DNA of 64,000 bases from Eledone cirrhosa (taxonomy: Eukaryota): assembly GCA_964016885.1 (NCBI GenBank), contig OZ024750.1, positions 19,406,001 to 19,470,000 on the forward strand, given 5' to 3'. Shown piece by piece: positions 14,111 through 27,371 of this stretch (its first letter is position 1; every line of letters begins with the position of its first letter). A program made the position numbers and the translations under genes. Under the pieces are notes generated by a model. It did not search any database and was not told where the DNA came from. It saw only the letters and a program-made list of their open reading frames with translations.

Positions 14111-14727
14111 TAAGAATTAAATCATAAAGGAGCATTACGTAATACATTTTGGTTTATCAGCAGTTATCTTGCTTTCAGGACGGTGTGGTTGAAATTATAC
14201 TACTTGTGTTGATGAAATGACGTGCCAGTCAATTACTAACCCGATTTAAGCGATTATTTCCACTCAAGAATGTCCCTAAGCCGGATATTATAAGCAGTAG
14301 GATTCGAGCACAATGTGCAAAAACCCGGAACAATAACCGTCGTTAGGGTATATTTAATCTCTTTATTCAAATCCTGCCGAAGTCAATTCAGCCTTTTGGG
14401 ATCGAAAAAGTAAAGTGTCAGACCAAAGTGAGAAATTGGAGAAATGTGGAATCTATGCTGGTATTATGTGTTCTCAGTTCAAATCCCACCTAGAGCCTTG
14501 GATAATCCTTCCACTGAATGACTATGGGACTCCAACTTATTATGAAAGCTGTATTGAATGGAGGGGCATTACGGCTGTTTGCAAAAAACCCCAACAAATG
14601 ATGATGAGGGTGAAGATTATGATGATAATGATGATGCTTATAATCCTGGGGGTGCTGAGGATGAAGATAATGGTATTGAAGTTAGAAATGATGATAGAAA
14701 TGACGATGATGGTGATGATGATGAGGA

Positions 14728-15002
14728 CGTAAAGGGGCGAAACTCTATTCTGCAAGGCATTGGGTCTGATGCTCTACCGATACTGCCAATCCACCAAATA
14801 CAAAAATAAAACACTAATAATTGTTTCTACTTTTGGCACAAGGGCAGCAAATACTCCAGTGTATTACTGGTGCTTTATTTTATCGACCCCGTAAAGATGA
14901 AAGCAACGTTAACTTCGACGGGATTTGAACTCAGACCGTAAAGGGTCATAATTCTATGCTACAAAGCATGGTGTCTGACGCTCTAGCGATATTGCCAATC
15001 CT
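14728..15002 (-). mobile_element. SINE (14817-15002) preceded by a SINE 5' fragment
   Basis: Matches the SINE consensus. Confidence 0.8.
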
Positions 15003-15550
15003 AATAATTATGATGATGATGATGATGATCACAACTACGTTGACGTTATGAGATTAATCACCCGTGTTTAATTTTAAGACGTTAGGATACAACCTGAGAA
15101 ATATATTTAGTTGATATATAATCTAACTAGTGAAACATTCCGTAGAGAGGCTCCTTCGGTTGGTTTGGTGAGATTGTGTGAATGTCAACGTATGCCTGTA
15201 GATAATTGCTATGATTTCCAAGACTTCACGAAGTCATATTTCTTGTCATGAAGCTGACACTAAGGAATATGAAGCAATGAAGAATGATAAATATTACGTA
15301 CTGCCATTTTAGAGTCAATCTACGTATGACTCCAAGACATATAAACATACAAATATCGATGCTTGCTTTCCTCTTCAAAGTCACCAGAAAAAGAAATCGT
15401 GGCGTTTCATTATTTGACACTTAAATGATAGAACGGAAATTACAGAAAAATTGAGTTTACAATACACACACATACATACAAACACACACAAACTCTCTCT
15501 CTCACACACACACACACACAAACTCTCTCTCTCACACACACACACACAAA

Positions 15551-15673
<123 letters not shown>

Positions 15674-15930
15674 TGCATAATTATAGATAGATAAAGAGAG
15701 AGTGAGAGAGAGAGAGTGAGGGAGAGAGAGAGAGAGAGGTTGGGAATATTACGCACATAATGACTACGACGTTTTCCTCACACACGCACCCATATATATG
15801 TATATATATATATATACATTCACATGTATATATATTTACACGTATCCGTATATAAATATATATATATGTGCGCATGAGTGTGTGTATGATCATTCAAATA
15901 AATAAATATATTTGTGTTTTGATTCGATGT

Positions 15931-15965
<35 letters not shown>

Positions 15966-16487
15966 CATACATATATATATACATATATATATTATATACG
16001 TAAACACACACACATTCACACACACATATACACATATATATATATATTTATATTTTTATTATTTTACTTGTTGCCGTCAGTTCAGTAGACCATACATATA
16101 TGTGTATATACACATCCATATATACACATTCCTATATGACAATACACAGTCTCTAACGATGTATTTTCGTGTATACTAAAATAGAAAAAAATTTCTTTTT
16201 AAAATCGAATTTTGGAAGAAGCTTAAATAGCACGAAACTTCAACAAATCAAATCAGAATATGTTGCGAAAGAAGAAAAATAATATGAGGAAAATATTCTT
16301 GTGTATTTTAAAACGTATTCCTTCTCAATTCGTGGTTTCGAAATGTTGAGATGTTTTTTGTAAAGATCATTTCATTTTTTCTTTTATCAAACTGCTTCGA
16401 AAATGTAAGAGTGAATATTATTATAAGCAAAAATAATAAGCTGATTGGAATAACATATATAGAAAGATATGCATAAAAATACATATA

Positions 16488-16970
16488 ACAGAATATGTTT
16501 TACAAGATATAAAAAGTACTACAATACAAAATCCAAAAAGATACTGAGTACGTTTTGCAACAGAGATAAAACTACTCAACACACAATAGAAACTTCTGAG
16601 TATGTTTTAAACTACAGATAAAATAACGATAACTAAAAAATGATAATACTTAGTAAGTTGGGAAACAGCGATTCTATAACTATAACGCAAAAAAACCCTA
16701 CTGAAATATTTTAAAACCAAATGTAAAACTACTTGTACAGCATGCAAACACAATTCTCAGTATGTTTTAAAACCTTAGTTAAAACTACTGCAGCACAACA
16801 AAGAAAAGTACAGTGTATGGTTTACACCAAATATATAACTATTACAACACCTACAGAAATAATAGTGAGTGTGTTTTTCAACAGAGATAAAACTAGTATA
16901 ACAGCACAAAGCAAAATACTGAGTATATTTTAAAATAGAGATAAAACTTTTACAACAACACTCAAAGACA
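16488..16970. repeat. Degenerate minisatellite, about 9 units of ~54 bp
   Basis: ATACTGAGTATGTTTT..ACAGAGATAAAACTA recurs near 16542, 16594, 16646, 16699, 16754, 16808, 16862 and 16917. Confidence 0.65.
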
Positions 16971-17049
16971 AGATGTACGAATATTATGAATTAGTGTGTT
17001 TACAAATGTAAATAAAAATGTCAATTGTCATCTTTAAATAAAAACAGTC

Positions 17050-17332
17050 GAAGTAGGTGCCTAGGACACAACAGCATTGTGTCCTAGATGCGGTGGGTGG
17101 TTCAGGATTGGTGGGTAGTGAGTCACCCCTGGGTAGTTCACACCCCTATTGGGGAATTCATTTTTATATTTTTATACATAGTTTATTTTTACATTTTTTC
17201 ATTGTTAAATTGGCTTTGTTATAGTGCATTTTTTACTCAATTTTACTGTAAACCTCCACTGACCCTGTCTTTGTAATGTCCCCTACGAATCGGCCCTAGT
17301 GGCCAATAAATCAAATCATTATTATTATTATT
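17050..17332 (+). mobile_element. LINE 3' UTR-like fragment ending GGCCAATAAA..(ATT)n
   Basis: Poly(A)-signal-like end with an ATT tail, and an 11-bp hairpin CTAGGACACAA/TTGTGTCCTAG. Confidence 0.4.
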
Positions 17333-17677
17333 GGCGACTGACTAGTGAAAACGTGTGAGCTCTTGAAGCTAAGATGTTTGGAATTGTTATTTGTAAAATC
17401 GTTTGTTGTCAAGTTCGAATAAGGCACTATATATTGCTTTCTGAAAAGAAGATAAAAAAATATTTGGACTTCAGCCACAAAATCGGGATTTAAAAAAATC
17501 ATGTCATTAAAAACAACAACAAAAGAGCAGCGGTTCATTCGATCAACAGAACAGCTACTATTCTACCAACAGCAGTAGCAGCAGCTGTGTTGAAGACTGT
17601 ATAATGGTGATGATGTCTGAAGTAGACAATAAACAGCAGGATGTGTAAATATGAAAATACATTCTTGACAGGTACAA

Positions 17678-17826
17678 TGTGTCCGAACACGGAAGAGCCA
17701 AACCCCCACCGTCATCGCCCCCATCTCTCTCGCCCTGCCCAACTCTCTGTATAGTGAGCAAATGGGGTCCCACGTGCTGGCCGCCCCACAGCCCCACGGA
17801 CAGAATGGAGAGGGCCTTTCCCCGGA
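17678..17826 (-). mobile_element. CRE-clade non-LTR retrotransposon 3' end
   Basis: Revcomp of the 49165-49318 segment (RG..SILS plus 3' UTR). Confidence 0.6.
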
Positions 17827-18177
17827 GGTAACAAAGCACGCTTATCTCGTGAATGGGATTTTCCGAAACTGTTGATTTGAAGTCTTGAGTAAAATAACTA
17901 TTGAAATTGCTTTCGCTGCCAAATTGTGACCGGCATATGGAAACACCGAATAACACATTGTTTCTTTGGACTGAGGTAATGATTGACCCCTCTACCAGGA
18001 ATTATGACCGACAGATTGCACCACCAATAGAAAAACCAACGTAAACATTACTTCATAGATTCGATCTGAAGATTGGCTCATTTATTCTGCCAGGAGTTCC
18101 TAGTAGTGGCAGTAATGGAATGACTAACGGAAACATTACTTCTTAGACCTGAACAGATGATTATCAGCTTTCATTGA

Positions 18178-19240
18178 GGATTGGCAGTATCGGTAGAGGG
18201 TCGGACACCAAGCTTTGCAGCAAAGAGTTACGGCCCTTTGTGGTTGACTTTGCCTTTCATCATTACGGTGTCGATAAAATAAAGTACCAGTAACGTACTG
18301 TGGTCAATTTAGACAACTGGTCACCTCCCGTCAAATTGCTGGCCTTGTGCCATATGTACTAACAATTATTCTAAACTTTCGCATTTGTTAATTGTCCATT
18401 TTCTTTCCATTTTCTTTAAAGCACCAGTAACGTACTGGAGTCGATTTAATCAACTTTTCCCTCCCACCAAAATACTGGCCTTGTGTCTATACTAGAAATC
18501 ATTATTCTAAGTTCAGGGTAGTGGATTGGCAGAATCGGTAGAGCGTCGAACGAAATACCTCGCAGTATTTAGTTATGTCCCTTTACGTTCTGAGTTCAAA
18601 TCTCACCGAGGTTAACTTTGTCTTTAACCATTACGGGGGTCGATAAAATAAAGTACTAGCCACGTACTGGGGTCAATTTAATTCACTTTCCCCTCCCTCA
18701 AAATTGCTGGCCTTGTGCTTATATAACTAACCATTAAAGCGCGTTGGATTGGCAGTATCGGTAGCGCGTCGGACGCCATGCTTTGCAGCATAGAGTTACG
18801 GTCCTTTGCAGTCTGACTTCACATCCCGCCTAGGTTAGCTTTACCTTTCATCCTTACGGGGTCGATAAAATAAAGCACCAGTAACGTACTGGAGTTGATT
18901 TAATCGACTTTCCCCTCCCCCCCAAAATACTGGCCTTGTGCCTATACTAGAAATCATTATTCTAAATTCAGGGAGGTGGATTGGCACAATCGGTAGAGCG
19001 TCGAACGAAATGCTTCGCAGTATTTAGTTATGTCCCTTTACGTTCTGAGTTTAAATCTCACCAAGGTTAACTTTGCCTTTCACCGCTACGAGGTCGATAA
19101 AATAAAGTACCAGTAACGTACTGTGGCCAATTTAGATAACTGGTCACCTCCCGTCAAATTGCTGGCCTTGTGCCATATGTACTAACAATTATTCTAAACT
19201 TTCTCATTTGTTAATTATCTATTTTCTTTCCATTTTCTTT
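18178..19240 (+). mobile_element. Head-to-tail cluster of five SINE copies/fragments with duplicated flanks
   Basis: SINE starts near 18178, 18515, 18740 and 18970, with a 3' fragment at 18420. The flank at 18361-18417 is repeated at 19184-19240. Confidence 0.85.
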
Positions 19241-19487
19241 TTCATTAATTCAACGTTTGCCACTTTTTTCTGTTTTAATATTCTTAAAATAAGTTTTTCT
19301 ATATTTTCATTATTTTCTGCTATTTCTATATTTCGCTAATTGCATACTTTTTTTTAAAAATAATTAAAAAATTGTTTTGAATTCCTTATCTATATCTCTA
19401 TTTTTCTAGTTTTTACAACATTTTTCTGTTTTTCTTTATTATTTTCATTTTTTTCTACTTTCTTTGATTTATACACACACACACATA

Positions 19488-19534
<47 letters not shown>

Positions 19535-19711
19535 CGGTGTGTAGATAAAAAAAATAGGACGGTCAAAGTCATAAATCTGAATGTAGATACACCTAGAACA
19601 AACACAAAGAAATCTATGTATGAATATATATATATAAATATATATATAACTATATATAACTATATATGTATATATATATATAACTATATATGTATGTATA
19701 TACATATATAA

Positions 19712-19791
19712 ATATTGGGTCGTCAAGTATGAAATTTGTAGAAATTTGCTTTTTTTCAAGAAATGTCTACACATTTCATACTTGATGACCC

Positions 19792-19794
<3 letters not shown>
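19712..19794. mobile_element. Mariner-like mini inverted-repeat element (~80 bp, MADE1-like architecture)
   Basis: TATTGGGTCGTCAAGTATGAAATTTGTAGA..TCTACACATTTCATACTTGATGACCC. Other copies lie at 6268, 27784, 27888 and 29864. Confidence 0.65.
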
Positions 19795-19842
<48 letters not shown>

Positions 19843-19909
19843 ATCTGTATATGTACACACAGCCATACATACATAGAAATAAACAACATACATACATACA
19901 TACATAATA

Positions 19910-20163
19910 CATTAAACTGGCACTCCGTCGGATAAGACGACGAGTGTTCTAGTTGATATAAACAGCGGAGCATCCTCCTCATGAAATCAACGTCTGCCAA
20001 GGCTGCACTTTCAAATTACAGATACACTTCTTTTCGCCAACAGATTAGAGTGGTGCATAGTGAAATAAATTGTCTTGCTGAAGGACACCACAAGAAGCCG
20101 TCAGGAAGCGAACTATTGTCCTTACGATCGTGAGCCAAATTCCTTAACCACTAAGCTATACGT
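19910..20163 (-). mobile_element. Second tRNA-derived SINE family (CORE-like), degenerate
   Basis: Revcomp starts TAGCTTAGTGGTTAAGG (A-box) and contains the CORE-like GTGTCCTTCAGCAAGACAATTTATTTCAC. Related pieces lie at 1-60, 3880-4080 and 13000-13195. Confidence 0.55.
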
Positions 20164-20246
20164 CCTCACATATATACATACACACATGGTGGCTGCCAAC
20201 TCGTTTTCGAGTACGGCCACTACTTTATATTCATGTAGGAGAACCC

Positions 20247-20570
20247 CTACCGATGCGCTGAACGAGTGTGACTTTTTAGTCCAGCCAGCGACTTGAAAAC
20301 TCTGGTACAAACACTACACTTGCGACAATTATTGACACATAGTGCTTTGCCTTTGGTACCATGTGAGGACAAGTGCAGAGAGATCTCCAGATATAAAGCA
20401 ATGCCTGTGCTGTGAAGCTTTTATAGTGAGCAAAGGCACTGCACAAAGCCAGTCCCACTCTCTTAACCAAGATGATATTTACCAAAAAGAAGAACAAGTC
20501 AACATCATTGGATACCATCAGGGTTGCAGGTGTTATATCAGAGTTTTCCTTCTCCTAGAATTCTGCCTAT
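20247..20570 (-). mobile_element. RTE-like LINE remnant: C-terminal C2H2 finger joined to a 5' UTR-like piece
   Basis: Revcomp 20247-20335 translates to KCSVCTRVFKSLAGLKSHTRSAHR*. The upstream part shares AGCACAGGCATTGCTT with 52100-52290. Confidence 0.5.
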
Positions 20571-20608
20571 ATACATACACACATACATACATACATACAT
20601 ACATACAT

Positions 20609-20667
<59 letters not shown>

Positions 20668-20691
20668 TTACATACATACATTACATACATA

Positions 20692-20900
20692 CATTACTGG
20701 ACCTATAGGTCATATACCAACCAGCTTGGACCAACGTATAACTGAACTTGGATTTGTGGACAAAGAACGCAGCTCCCTAATTATTAGACTACAAATGGCT
20801 GCGATAGCTGGCACCTTCAAAATTTGCAAAACATTCTTGCGATTCAAGGAATGACAACCTTGCGACAAGGAAGGTGGCCGGACAAAAATGTACTCGAAAT
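20692..20900 (+). mobile_element. R4/Dong-like non-LTR retrotransposon 3' fragment (restriction-like endonuclease C-terminus)
   Basis: ITGPIGHIPTSL..LGF..LQMAAIAGTFKICKTFLRF* matches the typical R4/Dong terminus. It abuts a (CATA)n/(CA)n tract. Confidence 0.65.
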
Positions 20901-21511
20901 TAAGAGAAAGAGATACATCTGTATATATATATACATCGATACACATATATGTACATACATGCATGCATACATATATGCACACACTTTGCAGTTGTTTAAT
21001 GAATGTCTGTTTTACATCAAATACTTTAAGAATATTGTAATATTATACATAAACATTACACTAGTACGGCTTTCCTGTAAATATTGATGTTGAAAGAAAT
21101 ATCAGAACATACGTTCAGATGTCAAGTGAAGGAGATCTCTAAGGTTTGAAGTAGTTTTTTTAGTTTTACAGTATTGTGAAGACGTAGAAATTTCAGCGGT
21201 GTATGAGGGGAGGTAAAGGCGGTGAACTGATAGTCTCTAAAGCGTTGGAGTAAAATCCTAGCTCTCTGAACAATATGTTAAAATTACTCCACGGTAAACT
21301 TTACCAATCTTTCCAATTAATGTCAAAAAATCAAATTCCAGTTCACTGGATTCCACGTCTCTCTCTCCCAAGAAGAAGAAGAAGAAGAAGAAGAAGAAGA
21401 AGAAATCCGCTGTCCTCGACCTAGAGAAGGATGCAGTACACCAGCCCAATGCTGTGTATCAGGCCGGCGCTTCGGCGACTTTCCTATGAGTTAGAGCCAT
21501 ATGTATATACA

Positions 21512-21545
<34 letters not shown>

Positions 21546-21595
21546 TATATATATACGATATTAAGAAATGGAAACTATATTTATAAAACCATATT

Positions 21596-21660
21596 TATTT
21601 CATTATACATATTTCAAGGACACCAAGTTAAATTATGGTGTGCTTTCATCAGATAAAATA
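21596..21660 (-). ncRNA. Type I hammerhead, family A, intact core
   Basis: Revcomp reads TATTTTAT-CTGATGA-aagcacacca-taatttaact-tggtgtcctt-GAAA-tatgta-TA-ATGAAATA. Confidence 0.8.
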
Positions 21661-21820
21661 TAATATAGAGAAGTTTTATAAATAAATATTGACATACCCG
21701 TAAAGAATGCAACAATTACCTGTTGGAAGCTCCCCGATAGACTATCCGGGAGCTTCCAACAGTAATGGTTGAATTCTTTAAGGGTATGTCAATATTTATT
21801 TATAAAACTTCACTATAATA

Positions 21821-21885
21821 TATTTTATCTGATGTAAGCACACCATAATTTAACTTGGTGTCCTTGAAATATGAATAATGAAATA
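21821..21885 (+). ncRNA. Type I hammerhead, family A, mutated core (CUGAUGU)
   Basis: Inverted copy of 21596-21660 with substitutions in the core and stem III. Confidence 0.55.
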
Positions 21886-21999
21886 AATATGGTTTTATAA
21901 ATATAGTTTCCATTTGTTAATATCGTATTTTTACTCCAATTATTTGTTGAGTGCTTTATATCAGTTATAAAAATATTTGCTTCTGTTCCCATATATATT

Positions 22000-22214
22000 T
22001 ATTTATTAAAATAACAGATTAAAGTTTAAGCAAAGAATCGCTGCTTTCACCCTTAACGGGATCTTCTGAAACGTTAAGGGTGAGAGCAACGATTCTTTGC
22101 TTAAACTTTAATCTGTTATTTTAATAAATATTTGCTCTACGGTTCTTATATATTTGATATATATTTATCCTTATCTAGCCCTCTTTGGATTTTAGTCATC
22201 AACTTTATTATTAT

Positions 22215-22220
<6 letters not shown>
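22000..22220 (+). mobile_element. Family D pLTR fold-back palindrome plus tail
   Basis: Arms at 22000-22058 and 22072-22130. The centre contains GAAACGTTA, like a truncated HHR 3' half. Confidence 0.65.
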
Positions 22221-22272
<52 letters not shown>

Positions 22273-22540
22273 CATGTACTTGCACTGCTTGTGAATTGAT
22301 ATATCTATGCTTGGTTTGTTTTTTGATCATGCTGGGGTAACACCCTCATTCATTTCTTGCTCTCCTCTCTCAACCTCCCTACGATCTATTGCACCATTTA
22401 TGTGATAAACTTTTGATGTAATTTTTTATGATGTAATTTCTTGTGACATTATATGTATCATGTATTGTGTGCCCCCTACTTGTCATTCTTCCTTGTTCTG
22501 ATGACTAGGCTCGATGGAGCCTGCAACCTTTCATATACTT

Positions 22541-22606
22541 TTGTTTATAGGCTCTGATGATTCCTGCCCTAGGGTATGGATGAAACACTGTTAGCAAATG
22601 AAACAA
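22541..22606 (+). ncRNA. Type I hammerhead, distinct family, within a pLTR-like region (22270-22710)
   Basis: GCT-CTGATGA-ttcctgccc-ta-gggtatggat-GAAA-cactg-TT-AGC. Stem I extends via TTGTTT/AAACAA. Confidence 0.65.
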
Positions 22607-25256
22607 TGTTTTTCTAAGCCTCTTTGGTTATTCCTAAACTTATAACGGCTCTGTAGTATACTAGTTATCCTACATTGAGCTAAAACCACACTGTCATGCC
22701 AAGGAAAATATATCTGTGTGTGTGCACATTTGTATGATTGTCAACCAAACTCTCTCTCTCTCTCTATATATATATATAAAATATAAAGAAATATATTCAT
22801 AATTGTACAAATTCGTTCAACTGTCGATTCTTGAATGAAGATCAATAAACATTTCGAATCAACTTGAAACAAACGTGAGGATGGATGTATCTGAAAGAGA
22901 TATGTGGAATCACTCTATATAATGTATACCTGCAATCAATGGTAGAGTGTTTAATTTCTCATGTACATATACACTAATATCATCATCTACCCTTTCCATA
23001 CCGTATGTGTCTCTTGGAATTTCATTCAATCATTTTCTTTAAATTCTTGTTCTTGTGTCTATCAATTTTCCTTTACTAAGAAAATTGTAATCTCACTCGG
23101 TCATCTTCAAGATATGTTCTTAAGATTATGCATCAGTGATACGGCATAATATAACCGATTTCCATTCAGATTTCCATTACTCAAACGATACACACATTCT
23201 ATTTTAAATTAATTTTATTTAATTTTTATTCCAATTTTGGGCTTGCATTAATAATTAAGCTTAATAATTATATCTTCTCACTGCGGATGTAATTTCACGT
23301 AATTAAATATTCTCCTTTAACTATACTAAGTCATTGAGCACCGACGTAATATTTTGTTGCTGATGAAGCAATAAAATATATTTGATTTCTAACAGATAAT
23401 TTAGTCTAGGATTGAAAATGTCGTTAAAGTAATATTTCTCGCAATGACTTAATACATAATTAGAAATTTCCTCAAATTCTAATCTAGATAATAATTTCGT
23501 TGTGGGTGGATTTTTCTAAAAGAATATTTTACATCATTTTGGAAGACACTACTACATTATGGAACGTACCTAAAATACAGCAAATGGCAAGTAAATATGA
23601 TACATTTTAACAAAAAAAATGTGCATTAATCATGCAGATGTACTGATAATATTGTGTGTAATAAAAAAGAACGAACACAGCCTGGCTGAATGGTTCAGAA
23701 GCTGCTTCGCAGGAACTTGTAGTCACTGTATGCTGGATATTCTGGGCCAACATCATGAATGATGTTGGCCCTAATTTGACCCATGATTCAATTAGGGTGG
23801 ACAGAAACTGTTTGGAAGTCTGTTGGAAGAACTGTACATGTAATTCATAGGACCAGTCTTGTCACACAGTATCACACTAAATCATCCTGGGAATTACATT
23901 AAGCTTACACGAGTCTGTTCAATGCCCAGTCATATACACGCTAATCTCATTCTGTTCCGAACATTTGAAACAATCTTTTTCGGAACCGGACGCAGTTTAT
24001 TCCATGTGTTCATATACAAAGGAACAAAATTGCGTGTGTTCATGTGTGTGCTTATGTGTGTGTGTGATTATGTGTGTGTGTGTGTGCTTATGTGTGTGTG
24101 CTTATGTGTGTGTGTGTGTGTGTGCTTATGTGTGTGTGTGTGTGTGTGTGTGTGCTTATGTGCGTGTGTGTGCACGTGTGCGTGCGTGTGCGTGTGCGTG
24201 TGCGTGTGCGCGTGTGTGTGTGTGCATTTGTAACAATAAGCATGTTCTGGCCTATCTAGAAGCAGCATGCTCCAGATATTGCAACGTCTGACAGTCTTAA
24301 TGGGTGATCAGATACATTTCTTTGTAGAAAATAAGCGATCTCAGTGGTAAATGATTATAAGATAATATTCTCTATATTGCAAAAATGATCATTTAGAACG
24401 AAAAATATGTCTTAACGTATCTATGAGATGATATTATTTCAGAAAATATTGTTGGCAGTAATAATGTTGAGACGAAGATGAAGTATTGAGAAATCAAGTT
24501 ACTATGTTTGGTTCTAGGTAAGATGAAGCACTATATATCAAGTGATATACATCCCCTTCTTTTATTTGTTATTGTTTGGGAGAATATGGTGAAGGATGAT
24601 CAATGAAAAGAAAAACAAATTAAAGGTGCCGATTATTCCAAGGAAGCAATGCTTTCATTTGTATTTCCGTATTTTTTTATCTTGTCTACCGGTTGACACA
24701 CTTGGTAGAAGGTGTAGTATGGAGTAAAGTATTTTGCTGAAGATCATAATGTCCGGGTCGGTAAAGGACTTGAAACACGTCCTTATGATCCTAAGCCGAA
24801 CACCCTTACCACTGGACCACCTGCTCAATCAATTAATCACTTCTCAATGTGGAATAAGCTCAATCCTTTCGCAAAAATTCATTGAAATATTTTGTAGAGA
24901 TATAGAGATGTTGTAGTATTGAGGAATAGAGAAACATATTTACAGAAAAATAGCGAATCTAAACATTGATGAGTATTGGGGGATTATAAACAACGTTTTT
25001 TCGATAAATGTTAGAAATAAAATCGACTCCAGTGTACTTGACTGATATTTTATTTTACCGAAACCCAGAAAACCAAAAAGTCAAATTTGACCTTGACGGA
25101 ATTTGTACTCAGAACATAAAGAGCAGGAACCAATGTTGCTGAGTAATCTTTCTATGCTCTAATGACTCTGCCAGTCCATCACCCTAATTTGTGATTATAG
25201 TGACGTAAGAAACATAACAAAAACAATGTTTTGCAGTTATTGCTAGCTATATAATG

Positions 25257-25473
25257 GTTTCTTATATAGGCTCAAGGCCAGCAATTTTGGGGGAGGGGAA
25301 AGTCGATTAAATCGACCTCAGTGCGTGACTGGTACTTTATTTTACCAACCCCGTAAGGATGAAAGACAAAGTTAACTTTGGCGGGATTTGAACTCAGATC
25401 CTAAAGGGGCGTAACTCTATGCTGCAAAGCATGGTGTCCGACTCTCTACCGATACTGCCAATCCACCGCCCTT
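25257..25473 (-). mobile_element. SINE, long subfamily, with 17-bp TSD
   Basis: TTGCTAGCTATATAATG occurs at 25240-25256 and 25474-25490. Confidence 0.9.
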
Positions 25474-26170
25474 TTGCTAGCTATATAATGACATATTTCA
25501 CAAGTCCTAAATACCTGTCATCTTGTGATTGTTATAAAATGATGTAACTCCTCTAGCTTGCTCTAATTGCTTGTTATATATTGACGCCATTCTCGCAGTC
25601 TAAATACCTATCGTGCTGTGAATGGTGGTTATATAATGACATGATTCTCTTAGTCAAAGTACTTCTCTGGACAACATAATGGAGTTGTTCATTATTATTT
25701 TACTTAACATCATCCATTTGTTTTATTTTGAGAAAATATGTTTCTTTGTTATAACAGCCAATCGATTAGTTTATACATATAGACGCCACACTGAGAATGC
25801 ATTCATCAATTATCAACAATTTCCTATAGTCTGTTTTGTGTTTAGTGGTTGATGATCAGTTTTATGGTTTCATGTTGTAATTATAAGACAGTGATTTAGC
25901 AGTAGAGTCGTCAAAACGATGGAGAGACTACTTTTATTCGAAGTTATTCGATTCGGACCTCGACGCGCTGAGTTCAAATGCGACTGAGGTAAACTTTCTT
26001 TTTTATTCTTTCGGAGATGAGAAATAAATACCAGTTCAATACATGGCAGTCTTTTCATCTATGTTTCTTTTCTTACTGCATCTCTCTCTCTCTCTCTCAT
26101 CTCTCCTACTGTCCTCTTAATGTAAGCCCTGTTTAGCTAATAAAGAAACACTTTGATTTATCAACCCGTT

Positions 26171-26528
26171 AAGCATAGAGTTATGGTCCTTTACGTTCTG
26201 AGTTCAAATCCCGCCGAGGTTAACTTTGCCTTTCATCCTTACCAGGTCGATAAAATAAAGCACCAGTAATGTACTGGAGTCGATTTAAACGACTTTTCCC
26301 TATCCCTTCAAATTGTTGGCTTTGTGCCTAAAGTAGAAACAATTATCATTATTGGTTGTAGGGGTCGGACGCTATGCTTTGACACACAGAGCTACGGCCC
26401 TTGCCATTCTGAGTTCGAATCGCGCTGAGGTTAACTTTGACTTTCATCCTTACGGCGGTCGATAAAATAAAGTACCAGTAATGCACTGGGTAATTGCTGG
26501 CCTTGTGCCAAAAAGTAGAAACAATTAT
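26171..26528 (+). mobile_element. Two tandem SINE copies (long and short subfamily)
   Basis: The B-box, core and tail are each present twice. Confidence 0.8.
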
Positions 26529-26718
26529 TGGTTATAGGACGGAGAAGACGTGTTTCTGAGAGCTCCTCAAGGTTGTACTTTTTCAGGTCTTTATGTTCGA
26601 ACCAATTGTTGTATTGTTTTTCAAAATGGTTCGTAAGTCTTCCGCCATTGTCCTGTGAAAGGGAAACTTTATAATAATTGGACCGTTTGGCCCAAATATT
26701 TGAACTGTGTAGTTTTTG

Positions 26719-26754
<36 letters not shown>

Positions 26755-26966
26755 ACGTTACACGCCCAATACTAACTCTGCCGTCTCGTGACAGCGACTT
26801 GAAAGTTGAGAGGAGATACAAAAACACAATTACAATTACAAGAGAAGCAATTGCAATTTACAAACACATTACCAACTTTACCACAAACAACATGTTTACA
26901 TATAATAAAGATACAAGTGCTTCCCGCCCCATACACCGATGTCAGTAATGAAAACTATATTAGCAC

Positions 26967-27371
26967 CTAGCCGATTTACCCGGCGTTGCTCGGGGTTTGA
27001 AATCATGCTAAGAATATACAGCTAGGAAGTAAAAGAAGAATATTATTTGCCCCCAACTTGTCAAAATAAGAAGTCTTCAATAATTAATGCAAACGAATAT
27101 ATTTGGTGAAAAGGTTATCTCCCGTTTTTATAAGGATTGTCAATAAAGTTTGTTATCTCCCTTACGTCAATTTTTCTACCGATAATTTTGATATCGATTT
27201 TTTATTGCTCAACGTGGGTCGATTTGAACAATGTTTGTGATGTAACAATCTTATCGACCTGTGCAACGTGCACAAAAAATTTGGTCAAATTCAGTTGGTA
27301 ATTGTGAAAGCCTTATGCATGCCAAGTTGTACACAGACGCACACACATACTCGCTTTTATATATATAAGGA
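26967..27371 (-). mobile_element. Non-autonomous Helitron
   Basis: Revcomp starts A|TCCTTATATATATAAAAGCGAG, followed by a GT-rich tract. It ends with the GC hairpin CCCGAGCAACGCCGGG 8 bp before CTAG. The 3' flank base is G rather than the canonical T. Confidence 0.75.

Larger units (their letters stand above)
21553..21992. mobile_element. Family A pLTR fold-back palindrome (centre ~21741) plus tail
   Basis: About 185-bp inverted arms, each with a hammerhead. Confidence 0.8.

Noticed and set aside
14558-14809. Acidic Asp-rich 83-aa ORF
   Set aside because: It is a degenerate (GAT)n microsatellite running into a SINE fragment.
21402-21500. HDV-like ribozyme fold
   Set aside because: I could not place P2, L3 or the catalytic J4/2 strand. 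Only simple hairpins are evident.
23355-23390. Isolated CTGATGA (also near 33095, 34519 and 40762)
   Set aside because: No stem II or GAAA follows, as expected for chance hits.
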